From Paraphysomonas bandaiensis (taxonomy: Eukaryota; Protista; Chrysophyceae): 64,000 bases of DNA. This document shows, in pieces, positions 28,201-40,851 of this stretch. Both the position numbers and the translations under genes were made by a program. Under the pieces are notes generated by a model. It had not been told where the DNA came from. It did not search any database and was given only the letters and a program-made list of their open reading frames with translations. The DNA lies in assembly GCA_965644295.1 (NCBI GenBank), contig CBFFRP010000432.1:62001-126000 (forward strand), written 5' to 3'. How positions within the stretch are numbered: position 1 is the stretch's first letter; the number at the start of each line of letters is the position of its first letter.

Positions 28201-29631
28201 CACTCCTGGTCATCCATAGCGAAACAGCTTGCCAGTTCAGAAATACTGTCCATCCACTTTAATGCCAGTGCCCGCATATGATGAATGCTCGTCGTTGACA
28301 TAGAGTTTTCCATCTCACGACACTTCTTCTGTAGATCCGACAAACGCTTTTCCTCTTTTCCAGGATTTTTCAGCTCGATGTAGCTGGTTTCAACGATTAT
28401 CATGGACTCTGCTTAGTTGAAATACGGTGCACACCTGGAATATATGGCCATATACTCACTCTTTCGCTCAGTTGATTCTGCCGATATTTCTAAATCCTGA
28501 AATATATCGATCATGTAACCCGATCACATATTTTTTTGTTAGACACACCCTTTCCGCGCGTGATTTGACTCTATCCTGCCAGGTATGGTACACTGACAAG
28601 GCTTTCCTGATATATACTGCCATAACAAAAAAACTAAAGTCTAACCGAGTTACCTCCACAACATATACGCGTTGATATTTCTTGGGTCAAGGTCAACTAC
28701 AATCGGGCTCATAGTTGCCTTAACCATGCACCACTTTTCTCTCAATGGTTGCTGGCTCATGAGTTCACTCAAAACTCGCGGCAGAAACACGTTTGCCTCC
28801 ATTTCAGATATATTAATAAAAGGGGGTGGCCCGTTCTCCTCTGCACAAAATTAGACGCAATAAGTACAACATGGGCAAAATAAAACCTCGTATGCTGCTT
28901 TCTGCTGTCAGAGACAACCCTTGAAAACTCAGCTGCAAGTAAGAATCAGACTATGTTCGAAAGAATATATGCCTCATATTCTTCACCTTGTGTGAAGAAA
29001 ACTTCCTCTTAAATGCGCACCATGAGTTTGGAGAAAGGGAAATCATAGATACACGCATGACCAGCATCGAACAGTCACTATCCTTCGAGTTAATTTCATC
29101 CGACCAAACAACTTTCATCATATCCACTCTAATTCCACTAATATACCAGTCAAGTATAGCATTAAGTACACGGTTAAACCAGGATGTGAATCTCTGTTTC
29201 TTGAACATGTTCTCCATACGAGATCTTATTGTAGCAGTTGTCGACTCAATTCCAATTAATCTGGATGAATTGAACTCACTCACAACATCATCGGCTGACC
29301 ACATACTCGGGTGTTTCCAATTGGAAGTATACGATATATTTGACACAGTAACAAGAGGTACTGGAAATAACTTAGCATTAACAGAGTCACATATTATACT
29401 GCTATGACTACAATGTGACTCACTATTTAGATGTATATTTCTTATTGTGACTGACAAACTGAACACATTAACAGAAACAGACACCTTATCAGAACATGAA
29501 AGTTGTGCTTTTATGAAATTTACTAGCCAGGAGTTGATATAAATTAAGCCATAGTGAATCGTTAATGCAAATATAAGTACTAATCCAACAGCTATCACCC
29601 CCTCTCGATGATATGCCATAATTTCTCTCAT
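19270..29631 (-). CDS. VPS13: VPS13-family bridge-like lipid transfer protein, about 10 kb, many exons, with an internal C2 domain
   Basis: TTEPIIEPY; VAB/SHR-BD-like repeats (TITIYADTWIQNNTGL, FSRTRIVVITPRYVVQNLS, YYAWDDP); C2 domain (SASGLARSDLIGSSDP...DTLNPVWNETF); VPS13 C-terminal KILGSADIFGDPAG and GVKNVATKPYRG...SPVVGVLG...RLRHPR; 3' end approximate. Confidence 0.85.
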
Positions 29632-30213
29632 CGACTTGATCTAAGGGTCATGATCCCCATATCTCACAACATGATAGAGTTTCCTCACTGCCATTACTGT
29701 TGAATGAGCTCCTCCTCCTCCTAGATAATACTTTTCTGTATATGTGGAGTCATATCTGATAGCTACACATACATACGCAAGCAACACGTACATATATGCT
29801 GTATGTGTACATACATGGGCTATAAAACGTCGCTCAGATCTTTTTCACTTCTTTTTCTCACTTCGAAAAAAGCTGACTCCTCGTTCTAACAAATCATTGT
29901 TATTTGATTGGATATAAAGGATTTACTACACCAGCCACAAGAAAACTACCAACTCGCTGTGCTGGTCGGCGTTGATTGGTTGTCCTGTTCATTTGACATC
30001 GTCGCTCATATAACTTAAACACGCTGTTATCGTCGTATGAAATTAAACAGGTTTATAATAGTGATTATGACCTACTACGAATTCTATTTATAGGCCAGTC
30101 ATATTTCGAGTTGGATATTTGAATCATAGGATATCAGTGATACTGGCGGATTATTTGAAGATATCACTCATATACTGACATTCTGAGATCTGAAAAACTA
30201 GCTGACAGTTACA

Positions 30214-31431
30214 ATGTTATCTATTGCTCCTATGATCAGCTGGACTGACAAGAACTACCGATTTCTAATGCGACAAATAACCCGACAAACTGTACTGTAC
30301 ACAGAGATGGTCATGGACAGCGCTCTGTTGCACAATCCAGATAGACTAGAAGACTTCATTGACTTTTGCCCCGCTGTAGAACCGCCACTGGCATTGCAAC
30401 TTGGGGGTTCTGATCCAGAGAAGTTGGGTGCTGCTGTAGAGCTCAGCGAATTCTACAATGGCGGGCATTTCTCCGAAATTAATTTAAACTGTGGTTGCCC
30501 ATCAAACAAAGCTAAGAAGGCGGGCTTTGGTGCCGAGTTAATGTTGGAGCCTGAATTAGTCCGACAAATAGTTCACGAGATGATTCGTAAATCAAGCAAA
30601 ACGGAAATAACAGTGAAGTGTCGAATTGGAACTAATAAACGACACAGTTGGGAAGACTTAGTTGAGTTTGTCGAGTCATGCAAGGCTGGTGGTGTAAATC
30701 GTATGATTATACATTCGAGGATATGTATTTTGAGTGGACTAAGTCCTGCTCAAAATCGTTCTGTCCCACCACTACAGTACGATGTGGTGCATCGTCTTGT
30801 TGATGCTTTCCCGGACATGAAGTTTGTAATCAATGGGGGCATCCGCAGTTTCTCTGAGGCGGATTCTCACCTCGGCCTGGAAACGGGACAAAAGTTTAGA
30901 TTATCTAGGAGGAAATGTAGTGACCCAGAAGGGGAGGACGAAGACAAGCCTAGTGGAGGTTGTACCGACTGGTCATCCAATGTGGTTGAGCAGGAATGTG
31001 ATATGAATCCTGTTCCCCTGTGGTCAGCTTCTCCAGTGCACGGAGTAATGATTGGTAGAGAGGCGTACAATAACCCATGGATGCTCGCAGATGCCGACCG
31101 ATACTACTTCGGTGTTCCCAACCCCTCCTTGTCTCGTAGAGAGGCACTTGAAAATTATCTTCAATACTGTAGTGATGCACAAGACAAAGGCGAATTCAAG
31201 TCAAACGCCGCTGTCCTCTGCAAACCTCTCCACAATTTCTTTTGTGGCAGTCCAATGAATAAAATATACAAACGCAAGTTCGATACGCTCATCAAAAAGT
31301 TTACGAGTGGCAAGCAGAATCCAAGGGAAGTTCGTATTGACGATATCGTTTATGAAGCTATAGACGGCACGATTCCGGATAGTTTCTTAGACGAGCGAAT
31401 GGGCAATGAAGGATATATGGTGCCATCTTAA
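30214..31431 (+). CDS. dusA: tRNA-dihydrouridine synthase, DusA type
   Basis: LSIAPMISWTD, LYTEMV, LALQLGGSDP, EINLNCGCPS, TVKCRIG, GLSPAQNRSVPPL, INGGI, GVMIGREAYNNPW. Confidence 0.92.
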   Translation: MLSIAPMISWTDKNYRFLMRQITRQTVLYTEMVMDSALLHNPDRLEDFIDFCPAVEPPLALQLGGSDPEKLGAAVELSEFYNGGHFSEINLNCGCPSNKAKKAGFGAELMLEPELVRQIVHEMIRKSSKTEITVKCRIGTNKRHSWEDLVEFVESCKAGGVNRMIIHSRICILSGLSPAQNRSVPPLQYDVVHRLVDAFPDMKFVINGGIRSFSEADSHLGLETGQKFRLSRRKCSDPEGEDEDKPSGGCTDWSSNVVEQECDMNPVPLWSASPVHGVMIGREAYNNPWMLADADRYYFGVPNPSLSRREALENYLQYCSDAQDKGEFKSNAAVLCKPLHNFFCGSPMNKIYKRKFDTLIKKFTSGKQNPREVRIDDIVYEAIDGTIPDSFLDERMGNEGYMVPS

Positions 31432-32199
31432 TGCTTTAGATTAGGCTGCAGTGCGTGACTTGTATTACACACTTCTGTGTTGAGTTCAGTATTTGGTGTA
31501 CAAAGGTTACTAGGGGGTATATAGTGCCATTGATGTACGTGGGTGTGCAAAGAAATGATGCGTAGTCATTGGCGTGATAGATATGAGTGAAGTAATAATA
31601 ATGCGATGATGTGTGCGCATTGTGCTGTTCTAACATGTATTGTAAGTATGTAAGTATGAAGTAGTCAACATCTTCTGTGAAGTTACCGAACAAGCCGTGA
31701 ATTTGTATTATCAATTATCAATCCCAGACTAGAGTGTTGTTGTATCCAGAATTTTGGGTGAAGTTTGCATAATGTGCTGAGCTATCTTTGTAGGGAAAGT
31801 TAAATATTGTGTTGTGATAATGGTTGTTGCTGAGCAGCAATCAACAGATCAACATCACCATTCTATTCTCATACTTTATCTTCAATGAACAATGAATACG
31901 AGGCTGGAGGGCGATAACAAACCAGCCATACGGAGGATGTACCGACTTTGTGTGTGAAGTAAGGCTGTATTTACAACCAGTATTGAGTCAAAGTTATACG
32001 TTGGGATTTTCATTTCAAAACATTTTTCGTGAAAGAAAACAAAACGATGACAAGCTATAATAATATCTATTACTTGCACACTTGCAAGGCCCATATTAGA
32101 AACAGTTAGCATGTCATATTAACATCTTCTTATAGTATTTATACCAGTGGTAGTTATATTTACTCTGTATTAATGATAAAAATGAGATCAATAAAATCG

Positions 32200-34251
32200 T
32201 TACGAGGGCTGTAAAAAAGCATATACTATACGATGTACAGGTTTTGACGCAGCAGCGCACGCCACTTCAGTTTCTGTTTTTGATAAACAAGGAAGGGGAC
32301 TGCTAGCCCACCAGCCGACACCATAAGCTCTCGGTAAATCTATTTCCCCCATAACGGACCGGCAAACATCAAGCCACACTCTCTGCCGTTTAGAGGTTGC
32401 ACTTGGAAAATTCACATCAGGTAGATGTGTCCAAAACTCAGAGATATCTCTGTCCACATTAGCAGTTACGGAGTCGTCTGTCAAACCCTCCCATACCCTT
32501 AGCACATTGACAGCAGCCATTTCCTCGCTACCACATAAAACGAATCCACTCTCTCCATCGCGTGCTTTTAATTGACATGACGACTCTAACATCGCACGCA
32601 TCGTCAGGGCGACATCCTCAACATTACTCTGCATGTATAGGCACCTGGGCAATGATGCTGACCAAGCAGACACAGAAGAAGCGGGCGTAGAAAGAAGTTT
32701 TTGGCAAAGGGAGAGTACGTCAGGGGTGATCATGAAATCAGTCATAGAGGACGGTAGCTGAGAGTTGCGGCGCGAATCCTTCTCTTTTTCTCTAGATCCA
32801 GGGGAATCGACACAACCGAAATGATTGTGGTAGTACATTCTCAGTGTATCTGTCATAAGGGTCTGGCTATAAGGCGTCGGAAAATTAATGTTGATCCATA
32901 TCACTGGACCAGGGTACTCCCTCTCTACAACCCTCAGGGCGGAAATCACATCGCAAACTATGAATTCGCACTTACCCTGCCAACCCCATCGGCGACTTAT
33001 ACCCCGCGCAAAACCCACGGAGCGATGCGACATATCACAACCAAGATAATTATATCTTGACATGCATGTTCTAGGTCTCTTAGACTGAGGGCCCTCTGGG
33101 TTTAGTTGATTTGTGGCACCGGTGATTGTAGGACCGTCCATGCTTGTCCAGCACAGACCCAGCAGCGAGACTCCGTACCCACAGCCGAGATCCAAAACAA
33201 GGGGAAGAGAGTTGTCATGAAACGTATTTGCAATAGATAATTCCGTGCAACATTCAGAAATGAATGCTAAGGTACCAGGTTCAGTTGCATCGGCATCCAA
33301 CACAGCATCACTTTCTGAGGATGCCAGAAGATCATCACCGGAGTCCTCATCCTGCTTTCGTTGCCGGCCTGCTTTACTCTGCCTAGCGGCGTACCGCCAC
33401 AGCAAGCGCAACGGGTGATCACAGAGCAAGGAATATCGCCCACTTTCTAGACTGGACAAAGAGTCGAAAGTCGACGCCTTGCCGGTTTGTTCCACTTTCT
33501 CGCGTATAATATTCGCGACAGTTGTGTACACACTCTGGTCGATGCATCCAGCACACGCTAACTTTTCTGTCATCTGAATCAAATCCATTACTCCACAGGA
33601 TTTTCTATGTCCAAAGCGCTTTATTTCTGCCATATGCCCGTCGATTAGTAGACGAAAAAGTTCATCATCGTCGACACCAGCCATGGCGAAGTTAAAAGCA
33701 ATGTCTGCGTATTTGCGCCCTAACATATGATGGTCATTAATATGAATATCTATACTTGAGCGATAAGCTGCAAGCCTTGTCAAGTAGGTTTTAGATAAGG
33801 ATACGATCTCAGCTACTCGAGGACAGTAGCAGTCATTCAACGAATACGCTTCTCGTGATAACGACAACAAACCAATATCTGTTGGTGGTTCAGGCTTACG
33901 AAACCATGTCGAGCCTCCTCCTTTTTTATAAGGCATATCAGATACGACTAGTCCCGCCTTTTCTAGGTAACTTTTAATTTCATCCGCTCTATCAAAGTTT
34001 CTTTCTCGTCTACATGCAGCTCGCTCCTCTATAAGTGCTTCTATATCACAATCGTTTAGTTCCATTAAAGATATTAAAATCTGTAACTTTGAAACTAGTT
34101 TCTCGTCTACACAATAAAGACGACTGTGGTCAGTGGGATATGCATTTACACATTCCTTTAAATAACTGCCTCCACACAAGTGACAACTCCGCACCATATT
34201 CAAGACATAATAATATGTACCTGTCGAGCTGCCACTGAAACTATGCACCAA
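32200..34251 (-). CDS. CysRS anticodon-binding-like domain fused to a TrmB-like SAM-dependent methyltransferase
   Basis: IEALIEERAACRRERNFDRADEIKSYLEKAG (CysRS C-terminal-like); LVLDLGCGYG, NYLGCD, ININFPTP, LYMQSNVEDVA, TETEVAC (TrmB-like); true ATG probably near 34064. Confidence 0.65.
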   Translation of the reverse strand: MVHSFSGSSTGTYYYVLNMVRSCHLCGGSYLKECVNAYPTDHSRLYCVDEKLVSKLQILISLMELNDCDIEALIEERAACRRERNFDRADEIKSYLEKAGLVVSDMPYKKGGGSTWFRKPEPPTDIGLLSLSREAYSLNDCYCPRVAEIVSLSKTYLTRLAAYRSSIDIHINDHHMLGRKYADIAFNFAMAGVDDDELFRLLIDGHMAEIKRFGHRKSCGVMDLIQMTEKLACAGCIDQSVYTTVANIIREKVEQTGKASTFDSLSSLESGRYSLLCDHPLRLLWRYAARQSKAGRQRKQDEDSGDDLLASSESDAVLDADATEPGTLAFISECCTELSIANTFHDNSLPLVLDLGCGYGVSLLGLCWTSMDGPTITGATNQLNPEGPQSKRPRTCMSRYNYLGCDMSHRSVGFARGISRRWGWQGKCEFIVCDVISALRVVEREYPGPVIWININFPTPYSQTLMTDTLRMYYHNHFGCVDSPGSREKEKDSRRNSQLPSSMTDFMITPDVLSLCQKLLSTPASSVSAWSASLPRCLYMQSNVEDVALTMRAMLESSCQLKARDGESGFVLCGSEEMAAVNVLRVWEGLTDDSVTANVDRDISEFWTHLPDVNFPSATSKRQRVWLDVCRSVMGEIDLPRAYGVGWWASSPLPCLSKTETEVACAAASKPVHRIVYAFLQPS

Positions 34252-34590
34252 TAAGATTGATGATAGCGCAAATTATTGGATGAATATATTTTTATTGTTT
34301 TTCTTGAAACTGAAAAATAGTTGTCGATTTGGGATATATCATATGTGAAAATAGGCAGGGTATAATGATAGAAAATCACATTTTTATATAGAAAAAGGTG
34401 TTTTTTGTTTTTGGCAAACCAGCTGACAAGATTTGTCTACTGAATTATTTACACAAACATTACAGCAGTCGACTTGCTGTTAAATAATTCCCTTTGACAC
34501 TCCGTGCATACAGACTAACACTCTTCAGTATTGCTGTTAACCTATCACTTTCCTTTTATCTAACTGACACAATCGGTATATCGTCATATT

Positions 34591-36225
34591 ATGGCGTCTG
34601 CAGTGTTTATGATCAATCAGAAAGGGGAGCCTGTTATATCTCGGCACTTCAGGTAAGCTGCTTTGTTTGCTTATTTTTCTTCTCTAAGTGATGTTATAAG
34701 GACTGATATCCCCAAGACTAGTATCGATACATTCAGAAATAAAGTGAGTGTGTGAGATATTCTTTAGTAGACATTAACGCAAATATTTTTGCAGATCATT
34801 ATATCAAAGGCAACAGGCCAGACTGCTCCAGTCATCAACATGGATGGTGTGACATTTATGTATATCAGACATAGCAATATATACCTTGTTGCTGCAACAC
34901 GAGGAAACCCGAATGCTGCAATGGTTCTGGAGTATTTGCTCCAGAAAGTTCGAATAATGAAGAGTTATCTGGGAGAAGATTTTAATGATGAATCTGTCCA
35001 AGGAAGTTTCACCCTCATTTACGAGCTACTGGACGAAACGATGGACTATGGTTATCCTCAGAACTGTTCTATTGATGTGTTGCGACTGTATATCAATTTG
35101 GGGTCGGTTATCCAGGAGGGTACGTCGAAGGAGGGCGCCGCTCTTACGTCTCAGATTACTGGTGCCATTGACTGGAGGCGAGAAGGAATTCGGTATCGTA
35201 AAAACGAGGTGTATATTGATCTACACGAGACTGTCAGTCTTCTCACTTCTGCGACGGGGGCTATCCTGCGGACAGAGGTATTTGGTAAGGTGATGATGAA
35301 GGCATTTCTCACGGGCATGCCCGAGTGTAAGTTTGGTCTGAACGACAAGCTGATCATGGAGAAAGAAGGAACTGGGTCTACAGCTGTCACAAAGTCCGGG
35401 AAAAAAATCACTGCAGTGGAGATTGATGACTGTACTTTCCACAGGTCTGCCAATTTTACGACTTCTTTTTCTTGTGCACTTCTTAGTACACTGCAGATGT
35501 TGTACATAATCCTGCTTATTTCGTAATGTGCCCCACAGTTCTCAATGCAATGTTGTAACATTCTTCATGAATAGGTGTGTTCGTCTTGGAAAATTTGACT
35601 CTGAGCGTACCATTACGTTCATTCCTCCTGATGGCGAGTTCGAGTTGATGCGATACCGCGTCACTCAGGCACAACAGCCATTTCGCTTGATTCCCACTGT
35701 CAAGGAGGAGGGCAAGACCAAACTGCTTATTAACTTGAAGGTGGATTATTGTGCGCATGTATTTAGCAATTATTACTTATAATATACTCTACAGTTACAT
35801 GCAGACTTTGCAGATGACCGAAAAGCAACCAGTATGGTGATAAAATTTCCTGTTCCTACCTCCACCGCCTCTGCTCGCATTAATGTTACTCGTGGCCGTG
35901 CGAGGTATGAACCTGGAGAAAGGGCATTAGTTTGGCGCATCTCGAGTATGCCTGGAAAGTCCGAAGCCACATTCAGTGCTGATGTGGATCTTGTTCCTTC
36001 CACTCGCGAGAAACAATGGACTCGTCCTCCAATCAGCGTTGATTTTCAAATCCCCATGGTGGCGGTGTCAGGGGTCCAGGTAGCTGGTGGAATGCTATTT
36101 TATGTACATCTACGTGACATCTCATGTAGGTACGATTCCTGAAAGTGTACGAGAAGAGCTCCTACCAAACAAGTAGATGGGTAAGATACATGTCCAAGGC
36201 TGGGGAGTATCAGCAGCGTATTTAA
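34591..36225 (+). CDS. AP2M1: AP-2 adaptor complex mu subunit, multi-exon
   Basis: [98 protein letters not shown]. Confidence 0.9.
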
Positions 36226-36689
36226 ACTTATGAATAGCATGCTTTGCATGATATTACAGAGAGTGGATGTGTATTATCATCTCTATTAACTTATCTTGCA
36301 TTTGCGGCGTGGTATTGTTTTTGAATTGAAAATAATTTAATGTAATTCTCTGTCTTTTTAATCAAATTTCCGATTTGTGATAGTGATATTTAACTCAAGC
36401 AGAAGTTATAAAGAGATAAAATGGTTGAAATGTGATTAAGTTGACCGGTTCAACAACAACTAGAGAGGTACTTATTAGTTCAGTTTCTAAGAGAGTTACA
36501 CTTACCAAAATTTCAACTAAACTCTCTCAATACAGTGTTTATTGATATTATATGCGATATAGAATCTTTCAACAAGTGGTGTTGTAGAAAATTTAGAAGA
36601 ATGTTAGTTGAACTGAAATAACTTTATACATCCCAACAAGTGTTGGTAAAATTATAATAATTGTAATTAATGTAGTTTGGAATTAATGA

Positions 36690-37394
36690 TTATAAGGTGC
36701 TCGTTGTACTAACATCACAACTCTCTACTTCCCACAGGCGCAATACAGAGTGTTCTTCAGGAATTCCTTCAAATATTGGGTTCTTCTCGGAATAAACAGC
36801 ACTAGCTACAACCTTCATACCTGCCTTAGAAGCACACATCGCAGAATATGCACCCGATGATTTTAGAATAACATATTTGTACCCCTTTCTGACTGCCCAA
36901 TCTCTTGCAACTATTGTAAGATTCGCAGCTATTCCTCTTCTACGATAGGCAGGGTTCACACCCAACATCCAGAGGTCGGCGCATTCACCTTCTTGAAGAT
37001 TGGGACGTAGTGTAGTATATTCTTCTGACACTTTATCTATTATTTCAATTACAGGCGTGATACAAGGTAAGTTATCAACAGATGAATCATCCAGCTGTGG
37101 GGTCGAAGCAATATCTTGTGTCCAAAACACACCTGCAACTCTGGAATTTGTAGAATCAATACACACTATAGAATCACCATTAGATGCGCAGTGGTCTGAA
37201 AAGAGGGAACAAAATTTCAAGAACTGAGAACGCCTTGAGTTTCGGCAACTGACAAGATGAACAGCACTGGGCTCGTCGCAGAAGCTCTCTGTGATAACTT
37301 CCAATGCATCACTAGCTAATTCAGGAGTGAGAACAGTGTAAACAAGATCACCGTCCCTATGAAGTACTTTACTGTCATCTGTATGCTGGCTCAT
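36690..37394 (-). CDS. GNAT-family N-acetyltransferase
   Basis: Acetyl-CoA motif LGVNPAYRRRGIA and AANAT-like ESFCDEP. Confidence 0.85.
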   Translation of the reverse strand: MSQHTDDSKVLHRDGDLVYTVLTPELASDALEVITESFCDEPSAVHLVSCRNSRRSQFLKFCSLFSDHCASNGDSIVCIDSTNSRVAGVFWTQDIASTPQLDDSSVDNLPCITPVIEIIDKVSEEYTTLRPNLQEGECADLWMLGVNPAYRRRGIAANLTIVARDWAVRKGYKYVILKSSGAYSAMCASKAGMKVVASAVYSEKNPIFEGIPEEHSVLRLWEVESCDVSTTSTL

Positions 37395-37747
37395 GTTCTA
37401 ATGAGCAAGAACGAGAATAGCAAGTATAGATAGTGTTACTTGTAGTGCGATATATCAGTGGTGTCCTGGTACTTCATACATACATTGGCGATGTAGTGGT
37501 GCCACAGTGCTGTGTGTACCATCATATGGAATGGTATTGTTGCTCAGGCCACAAGAAAAACTCCCAGCAAATTGTACCCAATAGAACTTGCTATGAGACC
37601 TGTGAATGGTTACTTGTATCTTTATACCGACTACTGTACATTGTATACAACCGCATACACAGTGAAGAGCTGCACCGCAATGCATACATATCTGCTGACA
37701 TATCCACATACTGAATCGCGCACCCAAAACAACTCGAAACCATACAA

Positions 37748-38257
37748 ATGAGCTGTGATAAAGAGTATGATGATGCTAATGCACCTGAATGGGCAACCAC
37801 AGGAACAGAAGATGCATTATCTGCTCATGATGACACGTCGTGGATTGCAATGCGTATGAGTAGCCATTTCTTGTCTTCTGTACAGCCTGAACTGGAAAGA
37901 TTTGTCGAAAATTATAGAGAAGAATATAGGTCCCTGCGACAGAAAGACGCCGAGGAGAAATCTGGCGAATATAACTTGCAACAGTTCAAAATATATAACA
38001 TGTATTGCGGTATTTTTGAAAAGCGTATGTCGAGTTTCACAAGTGAGTATAAAATGAATGATATAGTTCAGTGCTTGAATTCTGCTGTCGCGGCATCTGC
38101 TGGAGGAAAGGAAAGTATGGGTACAATATTATTAAGTATGCTGGAAGCGTTGTCGAGCTTTCAAGATTTCGACGTCATGATGATGGAGGATAGCCTCCTC
38201 TGTGCAACTTACGACCAAAATGAGGAGAAATTAGCTAAAGACTCATTTTGTAAATAA
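37748..38257 (+). CDS. BART/ARL2BP (CFAP36-like) domain protein
   Basis: LERFVENY...GEYNLQQFKIYNMYCGIFEKRM...ALSSFQDFDVMM pattern. Confidence 0.6.
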   Translation: MSCDKEYDDANAPEWATTGTEDALSAHDDTSWIAMRMSSHFLSSVQPELERFVENYREEYRSLRQKDAEEKSGEYNLQQFKIYNMYCGIFEKRMSSFTSEYKMNDIVQCLNSAVAASAGGKESMGTILLSMLEALSSFQDFDVMMMEDSLLCATYDQNEEKLAKDSFCK

Positions 38258-38828
38258 TTGAATGTATTTATTGTATTTAGTAGGTGGCAGGGACTATTGT
38301 TTGATGTTCTACAATGTTTACCAATCGCCACAGAGTCCATCGTGAGAATCGAGTACCAACAACTACTTGCTGGTTGAAGTACAATAGCGCTTACAACAGT
38401 ATATTTCTATACAAGCTGACAGCTTAAATAATACACAGCCGAGAGATATATTTGCCACATTTGCTAATCATGTCGAGAGATAGTGCTATATGTATGATAT
38501 GCTTATGTTGTTAGCCGATGTTGTCCAGAAAATTACCAGTTGTTAGCTCAAAGAGAGTGTGGAATTTAATGAAGTAATTAATATCCTCGTGATTATGTGA
38601 CAGCAAGATATTAAAGTGTCATCGGTTTTCTATTCATTATAGCATTAATAGTAATATATTTCTGTATTTTCAGGCTGTGCAATACCTACCAAATAACAAA
38701 CTCCACGTAATATACAATATACTCATAAGCGTTATTTCCACACAATAAGAAAACTCTAGTATGCCAAATAGGTCATAGCGTTTGAGTTACTATACCAATG
38801 GAGTAAATAAATCTAATACATTTGCCAA

Positions 38829-40851
38829 TTACTTCGGAATCAACGGGTGATAGTTTGGAAAGTACATTTTTCGCGAAACGAGAGACGGAATGCCTTCCTC
38901 CAAATGTTTTTTTGTTATCTTTGTTGTTAAACCATCTTTTACTGCTTCATCAATAACGGCACATGCCACCGCATGAGACACGATTCGGATCCTAGATAAC
39001 TTTGGAAAAGTACGTCCTTCAGCCTGCTCATCGCTGGTAACGGATTCCATGCAGGCTACTGCGGCGCGGTAGAACATTCTGTCCGTTATCCTGCTCACAC
39101 CAGCGACAGAGGCTGCTAGCCCGATTCCAGGGAAAACGTACATATTGTTACACTGCGATGTGACAAATGTGCGACCATCCGGAAGTGTAACAGGTGGAAA
39201 TGGAGAGCCAGTGGACACAACAGCATCGCCATCAGTCCACGCATACGCATCCTCAGGATCACACTCGCTTTTCGATGTGGGATTAGACATTGGCATTATA
39301 ATCGGTCGCACTTTCGATTCCTTGCATTGTTGCGCCATCATTTTCACTATGTCCTCTGTAAATACACCTTTCTGAGTGGACAGACCTAAAAGAACTGTCG
39401 GTTTAAACTCCTTCACCACGTCCAGCATAGAGGTACCATCGGCAACTGCTTGGTTAACATACGGCACACGTTCCTCTTGAAGGCCTCTCTTGTGGTTAGG
39501 ATCTCCGTGCCTTCCACCTGAGTGTCCAAGGGCGCCCTTGGAAGTACATACTACGAATCTTTGCATAGCCTCCTCTTTGGAAAGTCCTTGTTCCACCATC
39601 CCTTCTACAATCTGTGAGCAAACACCAAGACCAGCCGACCCAGCCCCCGCGCAGAGAAACCGCATATCAGTCAGTGAAGTCCCTGCATTTCGAGCACAGG
39701 AAAGGAGACCAGCCAGGGTCACACAACCGGTTCCCTGCATATCATCATTGAAAACGCGGTACTTATTCCTGTATCTCTCTAAGAGTGCAATGGCCTTCGG
39801 CGTCTCGAAATCTTCAAATTGAACAACCACTCCTGGCCAACGCTCAAACACTGCTGCCATAAACTCGTCACACATTTCGTAGTACTCTTCCCCCTGCAAG
39901 CGGGTTTGGCGTACTCCTACGTAATCCTCGTCGTGCAGTAAATCCTTATTATTAGTTCCTACATCCAGCACAACTGGTAGTACACGATGAGGAGCAATTC
40001 CACCAGCAGCACAGTATAATGCCAGTTTCCCAATTGGAATGCCCATACCATGTGCACCCAAGTCACCCTAAACCTAAACATTGATTGAACAGGGTGTGAA
40101 AAATGAAGCACTTACAAGTCCGAGTATGCGGCTGCCATCAGTCACTACGATCACATGAACATCTATATATTAAAAGTAAGGTATTACAAACAAGTACATT
40201 TCGACATCTACAAACCATCATGTGGCCAGTTATGAACCTATGTGAGGGTTAGTTCCATCACTATGAGTAAACAGTGGTGTACATTACCATGGTACCAAAC
40301 ATGCCTCTGTCAACACGACTGAAATACATTCCTCTCGAGCGGCGAAACTGATGACCAAAATTTAGACATACTTCCCCAACTCTACCAATTAAAGATTTAC
40401 GGCTTTATAGTATATATCTATCATATACTTACGTCGGTGTATACACAAGGGGTGCTATCTCTTCAATATTGTCAACAATAAGTCTGTGATAGAGAGTTTC
40501 GTTTCGATTATGTAGATTCTGGAGGTGTAAATTTCGAGCCAAATTATCAGGAAGTGATTTTATTGTTCTCATGTTTCGCTCTACTTGAGAGGTAATTGTC
40601 GATACTGCAGGTGGGACCAGCCCTCGAAGCCCTAGTCGATCTCTCTCATTGTAATCAAAACTCAGGCCTTTGTTCCATAATGGATCATGTAAAACCGCAA
40701 TGCCTAAAATACGCGTGGCTGATATTCATTTACTTAGTCGTAGAAGTTAACCTGCACGTTTAGTTCGCAGTGGTTTGGGATACTTCGCCTGAACAATACC
40801 CCTTCGAGTAGACGGTAGCCCATATCGCTGCAACGATCTCTTCGTGAACAT
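38829..40851 (-). CDS. Mitochondrial NAD(P)-dependent malic enzyme, multi-exon
   Basis: Basic presequence MFTKRSLQRYGLPSTRRG (ATG at 40851); LHDPLWNKG, PLVYTPT, VVTDGSRILGL, GIPIGKL, QFEDF, FNDDMQGTG, GAGSAG, MSNPT, QCNNMYVFPG. Confidence 0.93.

Noticed and set aside
30214-34251. Functional cluster of tRNA-modification genes
   Set aside because: Only two convergent genes; adjacency by chance is plausible in a compact genome
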